A DNA stretch of 64,000 nt from Yuukianura sp. NJ FZ-2021 (Eukaryota). The notes beneath the pieces were generated by a model. The model saw only the letters and a list, made by a program, of their open reading frames with translations, did no database searches and was not told the DNA's origin. Position numbers and translations under genes: made by a program. Positions 1 through 13,018 of this stretch are shown here, in pieces; the first letter of the stretch is position 1, and each line of letters opens with the position of its first letter. The stretch is taken from NCBI GenBank assembly GCA_046563655.1, contig CM102286.1:11346001-11410000 (forward strand). The letters run 5' to 3'.

Positions 1-1070
1 TTCTGTTTGTTAAATGATTATTTTTTAATTAAACATCAAAATGCATCGTATTGATTTCATGATTTGATGCGGGTTACCTTAAATTCAATGCAGTGGAAGT
101 TGAAGTCCAGCGTTGATTTACAAAAGAAGAAGATGTTTTTTAAAGCAACAAATTACATTAGTATTCTTGTGTTTGTTTTATGTCCGTTTTCTTGTGTGTA
201 AGCTCGATTTCAACGGTGTGCACTATTCAAGTGTTATGACACCATCCCCCCTCCATATTGTAGCGCATCTCTTAACTTACAATTAGACAATAATAACATC
301 AATCTGTCGTCATTCCCAGACAAATTTAGCTGGCGGCAATTTGACCCCGAAAGAAAGAATAGGTCAGCTTGAAGTTTGAGATAAATGAAATGCAATTTAC
401 TAACTTAAACGACCTATTTGTTTATCGTCGTGGTTTCCAGTTTTTTTTACTTTCCCATGAAACCGCGGTGTGCGAAATGTAATTCTGCAGCTATCTCAAC
501 TACGATTTGTTCTACATAAATTGCTACTGAAATTGATTTCACTAACTGGCTTAATTATGTGTATAAGTGTAATTTACAATAATTTAATTAACCAAATTAA
601 TTTTTCTAAGAAAAAAATGATCAATTGAAAGCTTTTGCATTACGTGAGCCAACAAGGAAATAAATCTCTACCACATTTTCCCGTTTTCAATGTGGTGTAA
701 CTAACATAAGCTATGCTAAGCTACATACGTCAGCTATGCATTTTTTAAAAGTTGAAAGACTTTTTAACCCAGAATGACGTTGGGCCCTGTTTTACTGTGC
801 AGTTAAATATGTGTTGATACTATTGCGTTGAACTTGTTGGGGAGAACTTTCACAATATGGGGTGGCTCAGTGGCTGTAGTGGCTACGGTCTAAATTTTAT
901 TGCGGCTATTGCATCTTACTCTGATTGCTTAAAACCCGAGCCGCATTTCATTTAGACGTTAATCCGAAAGTTAGAGTTGATAAGCACGGTTGCAGTTAGA
1001 GATTAAAAATTGCAATAAACTGTGTTTTTAATTGGTTGCACAAAATCTTGGCAACCAAGATCAGCTAAAA

Positions 1071-2902
1071 ATGGGCCCGAATGCAACAATCTTAAATGAT
1101 ACTTGTGGTCCACAACTTCCCGGCACTTCGTGGAATTTTGTCATTGTAGCCGTTGTACTTCTAATTCTTACGTGTAACCTAACCTACGTGTAAGTTTTCA
1201 TCATTTTCCAAAATTTTGAAACTTCAAATATGCTCATAGTTGTTTTGCTCAATTTTATTTTAATTGCACAATGTAAATTAAGTTTTATTTCGCTCTAACT
1301 TACCATTTGTTGTTTTCTTTTTATGTTGTTTTCAGGTTCTTGACACAAAATCACAATTACTGGAAATCTCGAGGAGTTCCTGGGCCCACTCCGCTTCCAT
1401 TTTTTGGAACCTACTTGCACCAGTTCTTTGTTCCATTTCAAGTCAGCGAGGAGGAACGCTTCAAGAAATACGGAAAAATTTACGGGTAAGATTCCAAATT
1501 CAAATTGAAAATAGTCGAAGTTCAATTTAAAGCACCTTGTTGAAACAATTTTCTGGAAAAAGGAAATTTGCACGAACTTAAAAATTGAAATAGCTGAGTC
1601 ATGCAACCCTAATGTTTTAAAACTTTTATTTTTAGAATTTATGACGGAACTACTCCTGGGCTCATTGTCGGTGAACCTAAATTCATCCGCGAAATTATGG
1701 TTGGTACAACTGCGCTCGACATTTTCACGAACCGTCGCGCCGTCAAAACAACACATCCCATAATGTCAAAATTTCTTTCATCTTTGGAAGACGACGCCTG
1801 GAAACGCGTGCGATCCATCACAACTCCTACTTTTAGTTCCGGAAAATTGCGATCCATTATTCCAATTATGACGTCATCGGCCACGCCCATGCTTGAGACC
1901 CTCTCTGCCGCTGCACAGTCGCAGTCCCCGGTAGATTTGAAATTACTTTTTGGAACTTACACTATGGACATTATTGCCCGAAGCGCTTTTGCCACCGTAC
2001 CAGACGCCTATTTTGTAAAACAGGCTAGTCGACTCTTTACTTTTCCCTTCTGGAGAAAGTTCCTGGATTACGTTATTCATATGCGGATTCTTGAGGCTTT
2101 TTCGTTCACAGTTTTGCCACCTGATCCAATGGAATTTTTTCGACAAATCACACAACGCGCTATTGCTGACCGAGTTGCCCAGAATGTCGAAATTCCGGAC
2201 TTCCTGCAACTTTTAATGAAAGCGAATTCGGAGAATGTCATCGGCAGTAAGCGGTTGACGGAAGATGAAATTCTGTCACAATCCGTGTTGTTCTTTTCCG
2301 TTGGATATGAAACTTCATCCCAATTGCTCACGTATACTGCTTACCTCTTGGCACTTCATCCCGAAATTCAGGAACGGACTCACTCGGAAGTTGTGGAGGC
2401 ATTGGAACAAAATGGCGGTAAGGTTGACGCAGGGATTTTGGCAAAACTGGATTATACTAAGGCTGTGATTGACGAGAGTCTTCGGATCTACAACCCGGTA
2501 CTTCGAATGGAAAGACGGGCGGGAAAGGATTTTGAATTGGCCGGAACGGGAATCACAGTACCGAAAGGAATGATCGTGGGAATACCGGTTTGGGCGATTC
2601 ATCATTCTGAGGAATTTTACCCGGATCCGTTTGTATTCAAGCCTGAACGCTTTCTACCGGAGAACAGAGGCGACATTGCTCCCTCAACATACTTGCCATT
2701 TGGTGACGGTCCAAGAAATTGTATTGGAAGTCGGTTTGCTCTTTTGGAATGTCAATTGGCACTGGTCAAAATTTTGAGGGAATTTAAATTTGTGAAATGT
2801 GAAAAAACGAAGGAGCCTCTGGAATTTTTTCCAACTGGAAGGCCACTTCTTGGGCCTAAAGAGATTTATGTTGGAGTTGAAAAAAGAGTTTTGGTTTCTT
2901 GA
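1071..2902 (+). CDS. Cytochrome P450, CYP3 clan (3 exons: ~1071-1189, ~1337-1486, ~1636-2902)
   Basis: N-terminal TM anchor (FVIVAVVLLILT), GVPGPTPLPFFG hinge, WKRVR helix C, GYETS helix I, ESLR (ExxR), PERF and heme motif FGDGPRNCIG; GT-AG introns. Confidence 0.95.
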
Positions 2903-3231
2903 ACATACACGGTTTACTTTGAATATTATTAAATGTAGTGACAATCGTAGTTATGAATTTCAACTAAATGTTTGATTGAGTTGTAGTTTCAATAAAATTT
3001 AAAATTTTAACAACTTTTCTAACCAGGAATTAAATTTAAACTATCTAGTGTTCCATTATTTGTTTCAAAAAACTTAAAAAAGTATTTACAGACTTTTATA
3101 ATAAAAACTTAAAAAGTCACTATGTAATCTATGTAAAAATTTTCCACAAGTAGTATAAAAGCATACTGTTTTAATATTGCATACTATGTATTATATATTT
3201 ATATACCGTTAAAAAAGCAAGTACAGTTTTG

Positions 3232-3851
3232 TTAAATTTTCAATTCTGGAAACCAAATACTACAATCCAAAATAGCTTCTGCGCTATTATCTGCTGCATG
3301 ACAGACGTTTCTTCCCACGTGAATACAAAAGTCACCACGAATTGTTCCAGGCAACGACAATTCCGTCACTAACTCACTAATAAGTTTCCGTCCACAGGCT
3401 ACGGCGTTAGGTCCTTCCCAAACCTTAGAAATAATACTAGTTAATTATAATAATTAATAAAAACTTGTTTCCAAAATAGTTGGAATTCAGCATAGAGTAT
3501 AATTTTACCATTGGAACCGCCGGACCAGCAGTCATGATTTTGAGTAGCAATGGAAAGTAGGTTGCGTGTAGTTCTTCGTGGTACATTGCCGTGATTTGTT
3601 CTTCGGTAGCCTATGTTTAGACACGTTTAGACTTTTTTAGAATTCTTTATCCAGAAAATTAACAAAATATTGTATGTTTAATAAAAAAAAAATTATTGCT
3701 CAAACATTTCAAAAAATAAAGATTTCTCAAATACCTGCACAAATTTTAATGCCAGTAAGCTCAGTCCTTTGTTTTCAAATTTTTGAATAACTTTTCCAAT
3801 TAGACGGCGTTGAACTCCGTCTGGTTTTACCATGATGAAAGTTTGTTCCAT
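3232..3851 (-). CDS. Nucleoside diphosphate kinase (NDK/NME family), divergent, 3 exons
   Basis: [26 protein letters not shown] start; later exons VWEGPNAV and [21 protein letters not shown] (catalytic His region). Confidence 0.88.
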
Positions 3852-4275
3852 TTCCTGAAACGGACGTAGATTAGCGGCAGAAGATCTCAAAGCTCAAGGT
3901 CAACCACTACAAACAAAGTACTGTTTTCGAAACCTCTTCCAATCAAATGTTCTCAAACCACAAGAAATTGAAATAAAAAAAAAGTGGTGATAATGTCCAC
4001 AGTAAAGGTTTGCAAAAAAAGTGCCAAATGCAAAGTGCATCACTAGCACAAACAAACTTAACTCTTCAACTTACAAAGAAACACTGAGAGAATTGATCTG
4101 ACTTTTAGAACCAAAACCATAAGAGGACATAATCGGATCCGGAGCTTAGTCTTGCTTTATATTATTATTGTTGTTATTATTATTCTGTTATTTATTTCTT
4201 AATTTTATTTGTTTAGTTATCGTTTTATACTTAAGTGAAAGTGCAGCACTGGAGCATGAGTGTTATATAAAAGCG

Positions 4276-7164
4276 TCACATTTTGGCTTTTGTTGCAGAA
4301 GAGCCATAACTCTTGTCGTAAGGTGTTTGCTTAACGTTGAATGAAGCATACCTTCTTCTGAGGACCAAGTACAGCGCAACTCCAACCAACAGTAAAATTA
4401 TACACAAAGCAGCAACTACAATTTGCCAGGCATTTGATTTCGTGTGAGGACTCATGTAATTTGGGTCGGCGTAGTCCATGATTGGCAGATTCGCCACATT
4501 TGAAACTTCAGTCCAATTGTGATTACTATAGCTTTCTAGGACGAAAGAAAGACTTATGAATGAATCCGAACTTTTCGTTCGGTCCCAAAGGTCAACTGGA
4601 ATTTCCACGGTTGCGTTCTGTGGTGTCCCCGCGGGCATGCGCAGTAGACTTCCGGACACAATCTGCTCGTGTCCTACCACAATTTCATCAGATATGTTGA
4701 AAGTGTTGAAAATCCTTAGCTGAAGTGCATCATCCTCTGCAGTACCGTTGTTACTATCGTCGTATCCAGTTGAAGTCCAGGTCAAAACACACCATCGTTT
4801 CTCGATATCACATATATTGGCGCTTAAATCTTGAACTGGAGATGACCTGGCGCCAATACCGGAAGGTGCCACTCGAAACGACCCGGCACTGGCGTATCGT
4901 TCAAACGCATACGGCACTGGCGACATGTCAGCGTCGTTGAGTTTGAAAGGATCTCCCTTCCCAGACAGGATTTTAGTAGTTCCATCTTCGGCTGAAGTGG
5001 CACGCACGTCGACGTCATACCGTTTGAATGGTTCAATGAGGTCATTTCTGATGAATCTGTTTTTAAACGACAAAAATGCATAACATTTAATACTTCCAAC
5101 TCTTGACAACTATTTTCAATTTTTTGGGAGTCTGCTTACCCTGAGTAGATGCCATCATCTTTTACTGCGTCTGCTCCTGTTCCGTCATCTAATAGTTGAA
5201 AAATGACCTTGGATCCGGACGATGTTGAAAGTTCTCCTTCAACTTTAGCTCCAACAATAGCATTATCGCCTTTGTACAAAGATGCTTCAAGGACGACTGG
5301 ATCACCCCCAAAGGTCACAATGCGTTTGCTAAGAGTCGCATCCAACCGAATTGTTTCCTCGGATTCAGAGTTCGCATGGGTCGTTACAAATACCGTACCG
5401 ACTTGTTCCGGTCTCTGTGTTCGTGGCACGTCGATTTCATCCGCCTGTCTCCTCCGCCTCACGTTGTTTACAGGCATTAGGTCATCGACCTTGTTCAACT
5501 TTATGCTCCAATTGCCAGCTTGGACTTGAAGGAGTTTGAAGAGGAGCTGGTGCAAGTCCATGTCCACCGTATAGTTGGTGACACCATATATGATTCCATC
5601 GGGAGCAGTCAGTTCTGCCTGTACTTCCGCTGGATTCGGCGTGCTGATGGCAATCACTGTGTCTTTTCCCATGCCTTCATCAAATACAAAAGACACTGGA
5701 ACGTCCAGCAGAATTGGTTTAGGAGGAAGCATAATCGACTTTGCTTTGGGAGCAAATTGACTTGAACTGGAAGCTACCAAACTCTGAGTCAATTTGTCTA
5801 AACTGTTAACATCTGAGGCGAAATAGGTTTGACCTCGTGTCAATTCACTGATCCCTTCCAGGCCCTCGTCAGCGTCATCTCCAAGAGCAATCGTATGAAT
5901 TTTGGTACAAATGTTAGTCAGATATGGTTGCACATCACGCAAAAGCGGGGCACGATTCTCTTCTCCGTCAGTGACAAGGATTATATCTGGACATCCTCTG
6001 CTAGTTGTTAGTGAATAGGATTCAATTACTTCCAGTGCCTTCAAAATTCCAGCTCCAATAGAAGTATTTGCAATTTGCGTGTCGGTTGTTGGGAGATTTG
6101 AAGTTAGACGCTGCCGAGAAAAGTCGGATTCGGAAATGTTCGTTGGACCGACAGCGACAAAAGCTTCTCCTCCGAAAGTGACAATTCCAAGGGAGTAGTC
6201 ACTCGGAAGAGATTTGATGAATCGTTTAGAAGCGGCAATCATATTTTGAATTCGTCCAAAATTTTGCATGCTCGGAGACACGTCTAAAGTGAGAATGCTC
6301 ATGTAGATTTTGTCTCGATTTGTTTCGGGCATGCTTGAATCGGATCCATTTTCATGACTTTTGGTAATATAAATTGGAATCACAGCGTCATGAAGACATT
6401 GATGACGTTTCAGTGGATTTAGTTCTTTGCAGGCCTTCACATGTTTCCCGCTGATTGGATAAATGTTGCTATGTCCAATACTGTCATAGAGACCGTATCG
6501 GTCATCAGTGTTCCACACTTCGACATTCGTGGCGTCAGTTTTAGCCAATTGGTCGCTTGGGTGTGTTTTGAAGTACGGTCCCGTTGGATCCAAACCTGGT
6601 GACGGCAAAATAAAAATTGAAATGATAATTAGAATTTTCTATTCTGATTATATTTTTTGTATGTCTGAAATTTTCAAAATTTTAGAAATTACCAATGATT
6701 TTGCCGAGTGTGCCTCGATTTTCGGCAATGCTGTTCCAACTTCTGCCAGTTTGTCCGCAGACATGTGCACCCAATCCATGTCCAATACATTCGATACTCG
6801 AAGGCTCTACTCCATCAATTTCAATCAATTCCTGCATTTCTTGTAGAACTTCCTGCGCAAGTATGGGTGTGAGGCGATGCGCAAGAGCATAAAATTGTGG
6901 AGACCGACTAAACCTTGTCCAATCAGCTACTACAACCATGCTCAAATCTTGACGCGTTCTGAACAGGCTATTTTTGAAATCAATTCCTCCTTTTACACTG
7001 TTCATATTCCAGTCGTGAATGTAAAACACTGTGACGTTTCCACCATGTCCCTGTTCTGGATTTGGAAAATTCAAAAATGTCACGATTTCGCCAAAAACAA
7101 ATTTTGATGAGAAACTGCACAGAAATAGAATTGTCAAAATGAACGGATTTCTAAAACTCCCCAT
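4276..7164 (-). CDS. Type I membrane protein: signal peptide + inactive pancreatic-lipase-like domain + CLCA-like vWA/beta-sheet/FN3-like region + TM (exons ~7164-6693, ~6595-5140, ~5056-4276)
   Basis: IGHGLGAHVCG (GHSLG with Ser>Gly), GLDPTGPYF, DATNVEVWNTD; vWA DVSPSM, TSIGAGILKAL, LVTDGEEN, IHTIALG; CLCA-type LLDDGTGADAVKDDGIYSG; TM WQIVVAALCIILLLVGVALYLVL; splice phases are compatible. Confidence 0.85.
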
Positions 7165-8881
7165 TTTAGCACCGTCCTAAATTCAAAATTTGAAAATTTT
7201 GAATTTTAATTTTCGTTAAAAAATAAATGAGAAATAAAAACCACGAGGTTGGAAATGCTGTAATTTCTTCCAGGAATTAAGCTCAACTGGACACAAGGAC
7301 AAGTCACACAATTGCTATTTATGTAAAAGAAGAAAAATGCAGAATTTGAGACGTATATTACAGCTTATGGCATCATCTTCACTACCTTTTAAGTGAACAA
7401 TTTGGATTTGTAAGGTTGTTCTTGATGGGATGATGAGATAATTTCCATGCTATTTCTGCGCAAAAAAAGGTGCAATTCCTTTAGCAATTTTGCAAAGTCG
7501 ATACAAGTGACGTCTAAATCGTGATTCAGTGTTAGTATGTAAGTAATCAAGAGAAGGACTCGAAAGGTGTGTTTTATGAATTATGAGACTGCAAAACAAT
7601 TTGGATCCTGCTGGATGTTCCTGCTGAGGGTCATCCATGAAATTGGAAAGTGTGATTCATTGTTGCAAAACATGATTTCATTGTTGCAGATTATTAATAG
7701 CAATTCATCAGCATATTTGGTATAAAAAATTATACTAAAATGCAAAGTGATTAAAGTGAACCCTGAAATATGCTATCCAAAAAAAATGCTGAATTGAACT
7801 TCACCATTTTAGTTTTTTTTTACTGGAAAACTTTATAGCCATATACCATACTAATCGAATTAATTTGTGCGCCTTTGATGCCAAAGACTCTGTAATTTAT
7901 TATGCAGCACCATATCTTCTCGCTTACCGTGCTAATTTGAAGGCTTAATTAAATGCAAAGTGTTTTTTTTTATTCATTTTTTTTTTTGCTTCTAGGGTTT
8001 GCAATTTATATTATTAAACATACAGAGTATGTTGGTACACCTAACACCATGCATGTCACTTGCAGGTTAAGTTTGTAGCATTCATAGTAGTTTTGCGATT
8101 TTATATTAATTATTTTTTAGATTCAAGTTTGGAAAAAACTTCTGTTATGCTCCTGCCTTACTTCAGAAAGTCTCAAAGTTTTCATGAAATGTTTCGGCGA
8201 CGATGTCAGAATGTGACATACTGAATACGAGAAATTCTGAGGGAGGTGTAAGCCGGCTCAGTTTGTATAGTTCGTGTTCGATGACAAATTCAAATCTCCG
8301 CGACGGGGCTGGGATTTTGCTTGTGGTGACTGACTACTGTTGCCTAGCAGATAACTGTTCCAATGGCGAGTTGGATATTGCATAATGGCGCGAGGCCAGC
8401 AAACCACAGAAACAATTCAAAGCAAACAACTTTTTTCAAACCAGGAGTTATGGCATGACCTTGTTAAAAAAAAACATGCAAAATTTGGATTTAAACAACC
8501 TTGACTGAAGTAAAAAGAAATGTAAAAAAAAAAGATGGGAAAGTCACGTCATCATCATAGATCACCAAAAAGAGAGTTGAACCTAATTTCAGATAAAATA
8601 GTTGAAGATGATACTTGAAACTGATTTCGAAATCGAAGTGGGTTTTCTAATCAGCATTAGCATGAATTTTTCAGTTCACCTAGTTTTCTGAAGTGACAGA
8701 TTCTAGACCCAACCTAAAAATAAGCGAAGTTGAGAAGAACAAAATTCCTAGTCAGTTAACCAAAAGCTTTGCAGTCATCAACAAATTCATTTTCCTACTT
8801 GCTGTCAAGTTTGAAAAAAGAAAAGCGTAGGCCAAAGTTTAAAGTCATATTTAAATACCTAAGAAAATCCTGTAAGTTATT

Positions 8882-11800
8882 ATGGGTTCATCGAATGAAA
8901 ATCACTCAATGCTCTGGAAGATTTTCCAGGAAAATTCAAAAGTCTGGCCTTTAAAAGTGGCGGTGGAAGATGAGCTGCAGCAGCCATACACATACGCTAA
9001 AGTCAAAGAGTTAGCTGAATCGTTTTCTGCTTCGCTCAATCTCGGAGGGACTCGGAATCCTTTCGTAGTTTCACTCCTCCCTCCAGGAATCAAGTACTTC
9101 GTTACCTCCCTTGCTACAATTGCAGCTCACAAAATTGTCGTAGTTCTACACGACACTTACTTAAACACTCAAGTCGAAAAATGCTTGAAGACTCTCGACT
9201 ATCCGACAGTACTCACTACGCAGGAGAAGTGGGACAGCTTGGACATGGCATCTGGACATGACTATCCAAATCTTTATTTCATTACAGAAGATCTCCAATT
9301 GGAAGTTCCTCAAACTCGCATTACGCATGTTCCAAAACGTGAGATCACATCCTTCTAAAGAAAGGACTATTTTTTAAAATTATGTACTTACGATTAACTT
9401 TTCTTTAAATGTCAGATCAAGAATTCACTGTTGCAGAAATTGAAAACGAAGTTCCATTGGAAGGAGTCGGTTATTGCTTGTTCACTTCTGGCTCAACCGG
9501 TACTCCAAAAGCCGTGCTCGTCCGAGAGAGTTCGATTCTCAGTTCCGTCCAGGGTCTCATCGATACCGATCCGTCGGTATTTAATGACTCTATGCGAGGT
9601 CTTTTCGGTCTCTCAACTGGAGTCATCCTCTCCCTGACAGATATTTGGTCCGTGTTCAAAACCGGTGGGACGCTGATTATTCCTCCAAAGGATATCAAAT
9701 TTGACATTGACCGCTACAGATCCTGGCTTACGGCTAGAAGTATCACAGCAGCTACTTTACCATTGCCACTCATGGAGCTCCTTCTCGCAAAAAACGTGGA
9801 TAAAATGACTTCTCTCCGGTGGGTCATTTTTGGTGGCGCGAGAATCAATGCCAACAAAATTCGGATGGAAGGCGCTCATTTTACCGCCTACAATGCGTAT
9901 GGCTCTACAGAAATACTTGTTGCTACTTTACGACCAATTTCAAAAGAAAGTCCTATCACAACGAGTGTGGGGAAACCGATTGGAGGGGTTAAGATATACA
10001 TTGTGGATGACAAGGGTCAAGAGGTCACGAGCCCGGAGGTCACGGGTAACATCTACATAGCCGGCAATGGGTTAATGGCAGGTTACTATGGACAACCGGA
10101 ACTGAACTCCAAAGTTCTTATTCAAAACCCATTTGATTCCACCATGAGTCCAGTATTCAAGTCAGGCGATCGTGGTTACTGGTCCAATACTGGTGACCTC
10201 CATGTCTCGGGTCGAGCGGACGACCAAATCAAAGTACACGGGATTCGTCTTGAGTTGGGGGAAGTTGAGACTGCGCTGTGCAGTTTTCCTGGAGTGTCGC
10301 AAGCTGCAGTCGTTGCAGTTGACACGACTTCAGACGGCGGCAAACAAATTTTTGGATTTTGCACTCTCCGGAGTGGGCAAGAAAAGCCAAAGTCTTCCGC
10401 CGTGGAAAAATTTTTGCTTCAGAATCTTCAGCGGCACGCAATGCCTCGGCTTGTGACATTCCTTGATAAGATGCCAATAAACCCTGCTGGAAAAATTGAC
10501 CGAGTGAAACTAAGAGAAATGTCGGTGATAAGTTGTAATTCGGAAGAAAATGACAATGAACCGATGGGACCTGTTTTGAACCACTGGATTCAAGTTGTTC
10601 GTTCCGTTTGGGCCGAAGTTCTTCATCTCTCGGAAGATCAAATTCAAAGTGGCGACAACTTTTTCTACCTCGGTGGGAACTCCGTTTTGGTTTTCTCTGT
10701 AATGGACAAACTGAAGCAAGTTGAACCCAAAATTCAAGACAAAAATCCATTACTTCTGTTCAAATTTCCTGTTCTGAAAAACTTTGCTGGTGCACTTTCG
10801 GATGATGGAGTCGCCAACATTGAAATTGACTTTAACGCCGAAATAATCATGTAAAGGATCAAAACATCATATAATCCTATTAACGAAGTATAATATTTTT
10901 AAAATGTATGTTAAAGTATATTTTGAATTTCAGAGATTTTTTGCCAAAATCAGTTCCCTCGGCTATTCTAATAACAGGGACGACTGGATTCTTAGGACCA
11001 TTGCTACTTGCGGAAGCACTGAAACAGACCGAAAACGTTGAAATCTTTACAATAATTAGGGCTCGAACTGATGAAGATTCAAGGAAACGACTTCTTGCAA
11101 AGTACAGTGTGCATTTGCCTGGACTGGACCGTGTTCACTGTATAGCTGGGGATTTGACTAAGACTAAATTTGGTTTGAACGATATAACTTATAGTATGTT
11201 GCTGCACAAGGTCAAGGTCATTTTCCATTCTGCTGCGGAAGTCAGCTTCATGAAAACTTACAGCCAACTTCGAGAATCAACAGTCACCATGACCAAGAAT
11301 GTTCTCAAATTTGCAATGGAAGGTAAACTTCTAACCAACATTTCCTTTTTCTACAATTCAAAAGTATTTAATATAGTTTATTATATAATAAACACGTATT
11401 GTATCTATTTTAAATTGGTTGGAATCCAACCACAAGCTAATTCGTTGAATCCCGAAAAATAATGACAATGTTGTTGTGGTTCTCAGGCTACCCGAAGGAA
11501 CTTCACTACATGTCAACTATTGGTGTTTTTGACAGCGTTGAGGACTTGTCGTCTCCTGTTTATATCGCGGCGGAGGATCGAATCCCGAAAGGAGTAAATC
11601 CATCTAAAATGCTCAACGGCTACTTTCAGTCCAAGTGGGTTTCGGAACAACTCGTCTGGAGTGCCGTGGATCATGGCCTCGTCGCTTCCATATACAGAAT
11701 TGGCCAAATTGGAGCACATACAGTTACCAAAGATGTGGATTCGTCGGATGCCCTTGCCGGATTCTTAGTGATTTGTCAAACGATGAAAAAATTCCCTCTG

Positions 11801-12232
11801 GTAACAATCAATCTTCCATTTGTGGATGGCGATGTGGCGGAAACTATATTGCGATTGAGCAGAATCCCGCATGCACGGGATGCCAGTGCAAAAGTGTTCC
11901 ACTTGATAGGGCAAGAGGTGGGACTGGAGGACTTTTTCGACGATGATGTATGCGGCGTCCCACTAAAGGACTGGGAGCTGGAGTTCCTAAACAGCGTTGC
12001 GTCTGCGCCTAAAACTGAAGACGAAGTCAACGCATGGCTCTTTCTCCAAATGATAAAACAAGCAGAGGAGCATCATACATCTTACAAACGCAGAAATTTG
12101 ATGAAAGATATTTCGTTTTCAACTAAGGAAACCCTTAAGGCGGGTGGAAATGGATTTCAAAAAATCCATCCTCGTCTATACGTCCAACTACTGTGTAATG
12201 CGCGTCAAAAGGAAGTTAACATTTCGAAGTAA
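8882..12232 (+). CDS. NRPS-like monomodular adenylation-thiolation-thioester reductase (Lys2/carboxylic acid reductase-like); exons ~8882-9338, 9416-10850, 10934-11322, 11487-12232
   Basis: A-domain FTSGSTGTPKAV, NAYGSTE, FKSGDRG, GRADDQIKVHGIRLELGEVE, PAGKIDR; carrier-domain NFFYLGGNS; reductase ITGTTGFLG, HSAAEVSF, GYFQSKWVSE; three GT-AG introns restore one frame. Confidence 0.92.
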
Positions 12233-13018
12233 ACTAGAAAAAACGTTTGAACGTTTAGACATGAAATTGTTCAACAGAAGTTCAGTAAAGCGCAAATTGG
12301 TTTGTACATTTTCGACTTACTGCAAATAGTAGGTAATGCCCAACTTTTGGAACAAAAATTTTCAGCAATTTAAGGATGCTTAATGAGAATTAATTCCTTA
12401 ATTGCTTAAAGAGTGACATTAAAAAAATTTGTTCGAAGGTCAATTGAGCTAACCTATACTGGATTTCGTCATATTCCAAAATAACCGTGTCAGAGCTGCT
12501 CCTGGTGGTGATAATGCCGCACTTCAGTATCAGTTTTACACCGATTGATTGGATTAGTGCTTGCATTAGATTTAATTAGTAGATTCCGGATAGTGACTCA
12601 TTGTTCCATTCCAGTAGAGGCGATTTGACAGTTTCAATTGTTGTGTTGCAAGTTACACCAAAATTAGTTACAACTTGTAACTAATATTCCTACTGGGTTG
12701 TTCGAATGTCATTTCAATTTTAACTTCATGGGTCAATAATAATTACGTACTCTAGCTTATCCTAAAGTTTTTGTATCAGAAGGAATTCTGCAGATTCCGA
12801 GAAAAATGGATATAACACAAACTATCAAATGCTTTTTCTCAAAATCAACAAAGCACAATAATGAAATTGAAACTAAGGAGAAAAACATTTTTTGTCCAAA
12901 TCAACTGAAAACTCCTTCGATTATACAACTATCACAAACTCATGATGAGGAATCCTAAGTTTTTATTGCGTTGTAATAAAAAAAAACTAATTACTTCGTC
13001 GAGGATAACTCAGCAATT

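Noticed and set aside
8882..12232. Bacterial or fungal contamination, or an Ebony ortholog
   Set aside because: It has host-sized GT-AG introns and is contiguous with animal genes; the C-terminal domain is an SDR-type reductase, unlike Ebony.
1071..12232. Biosynthetic gene cluster of P450 + lipase-like + NRPS-like genes
   Set aside because: Only proximity supports it in a gene-dense region; the lipase domain lacks its nucleophile and there is no co-expression evidence.
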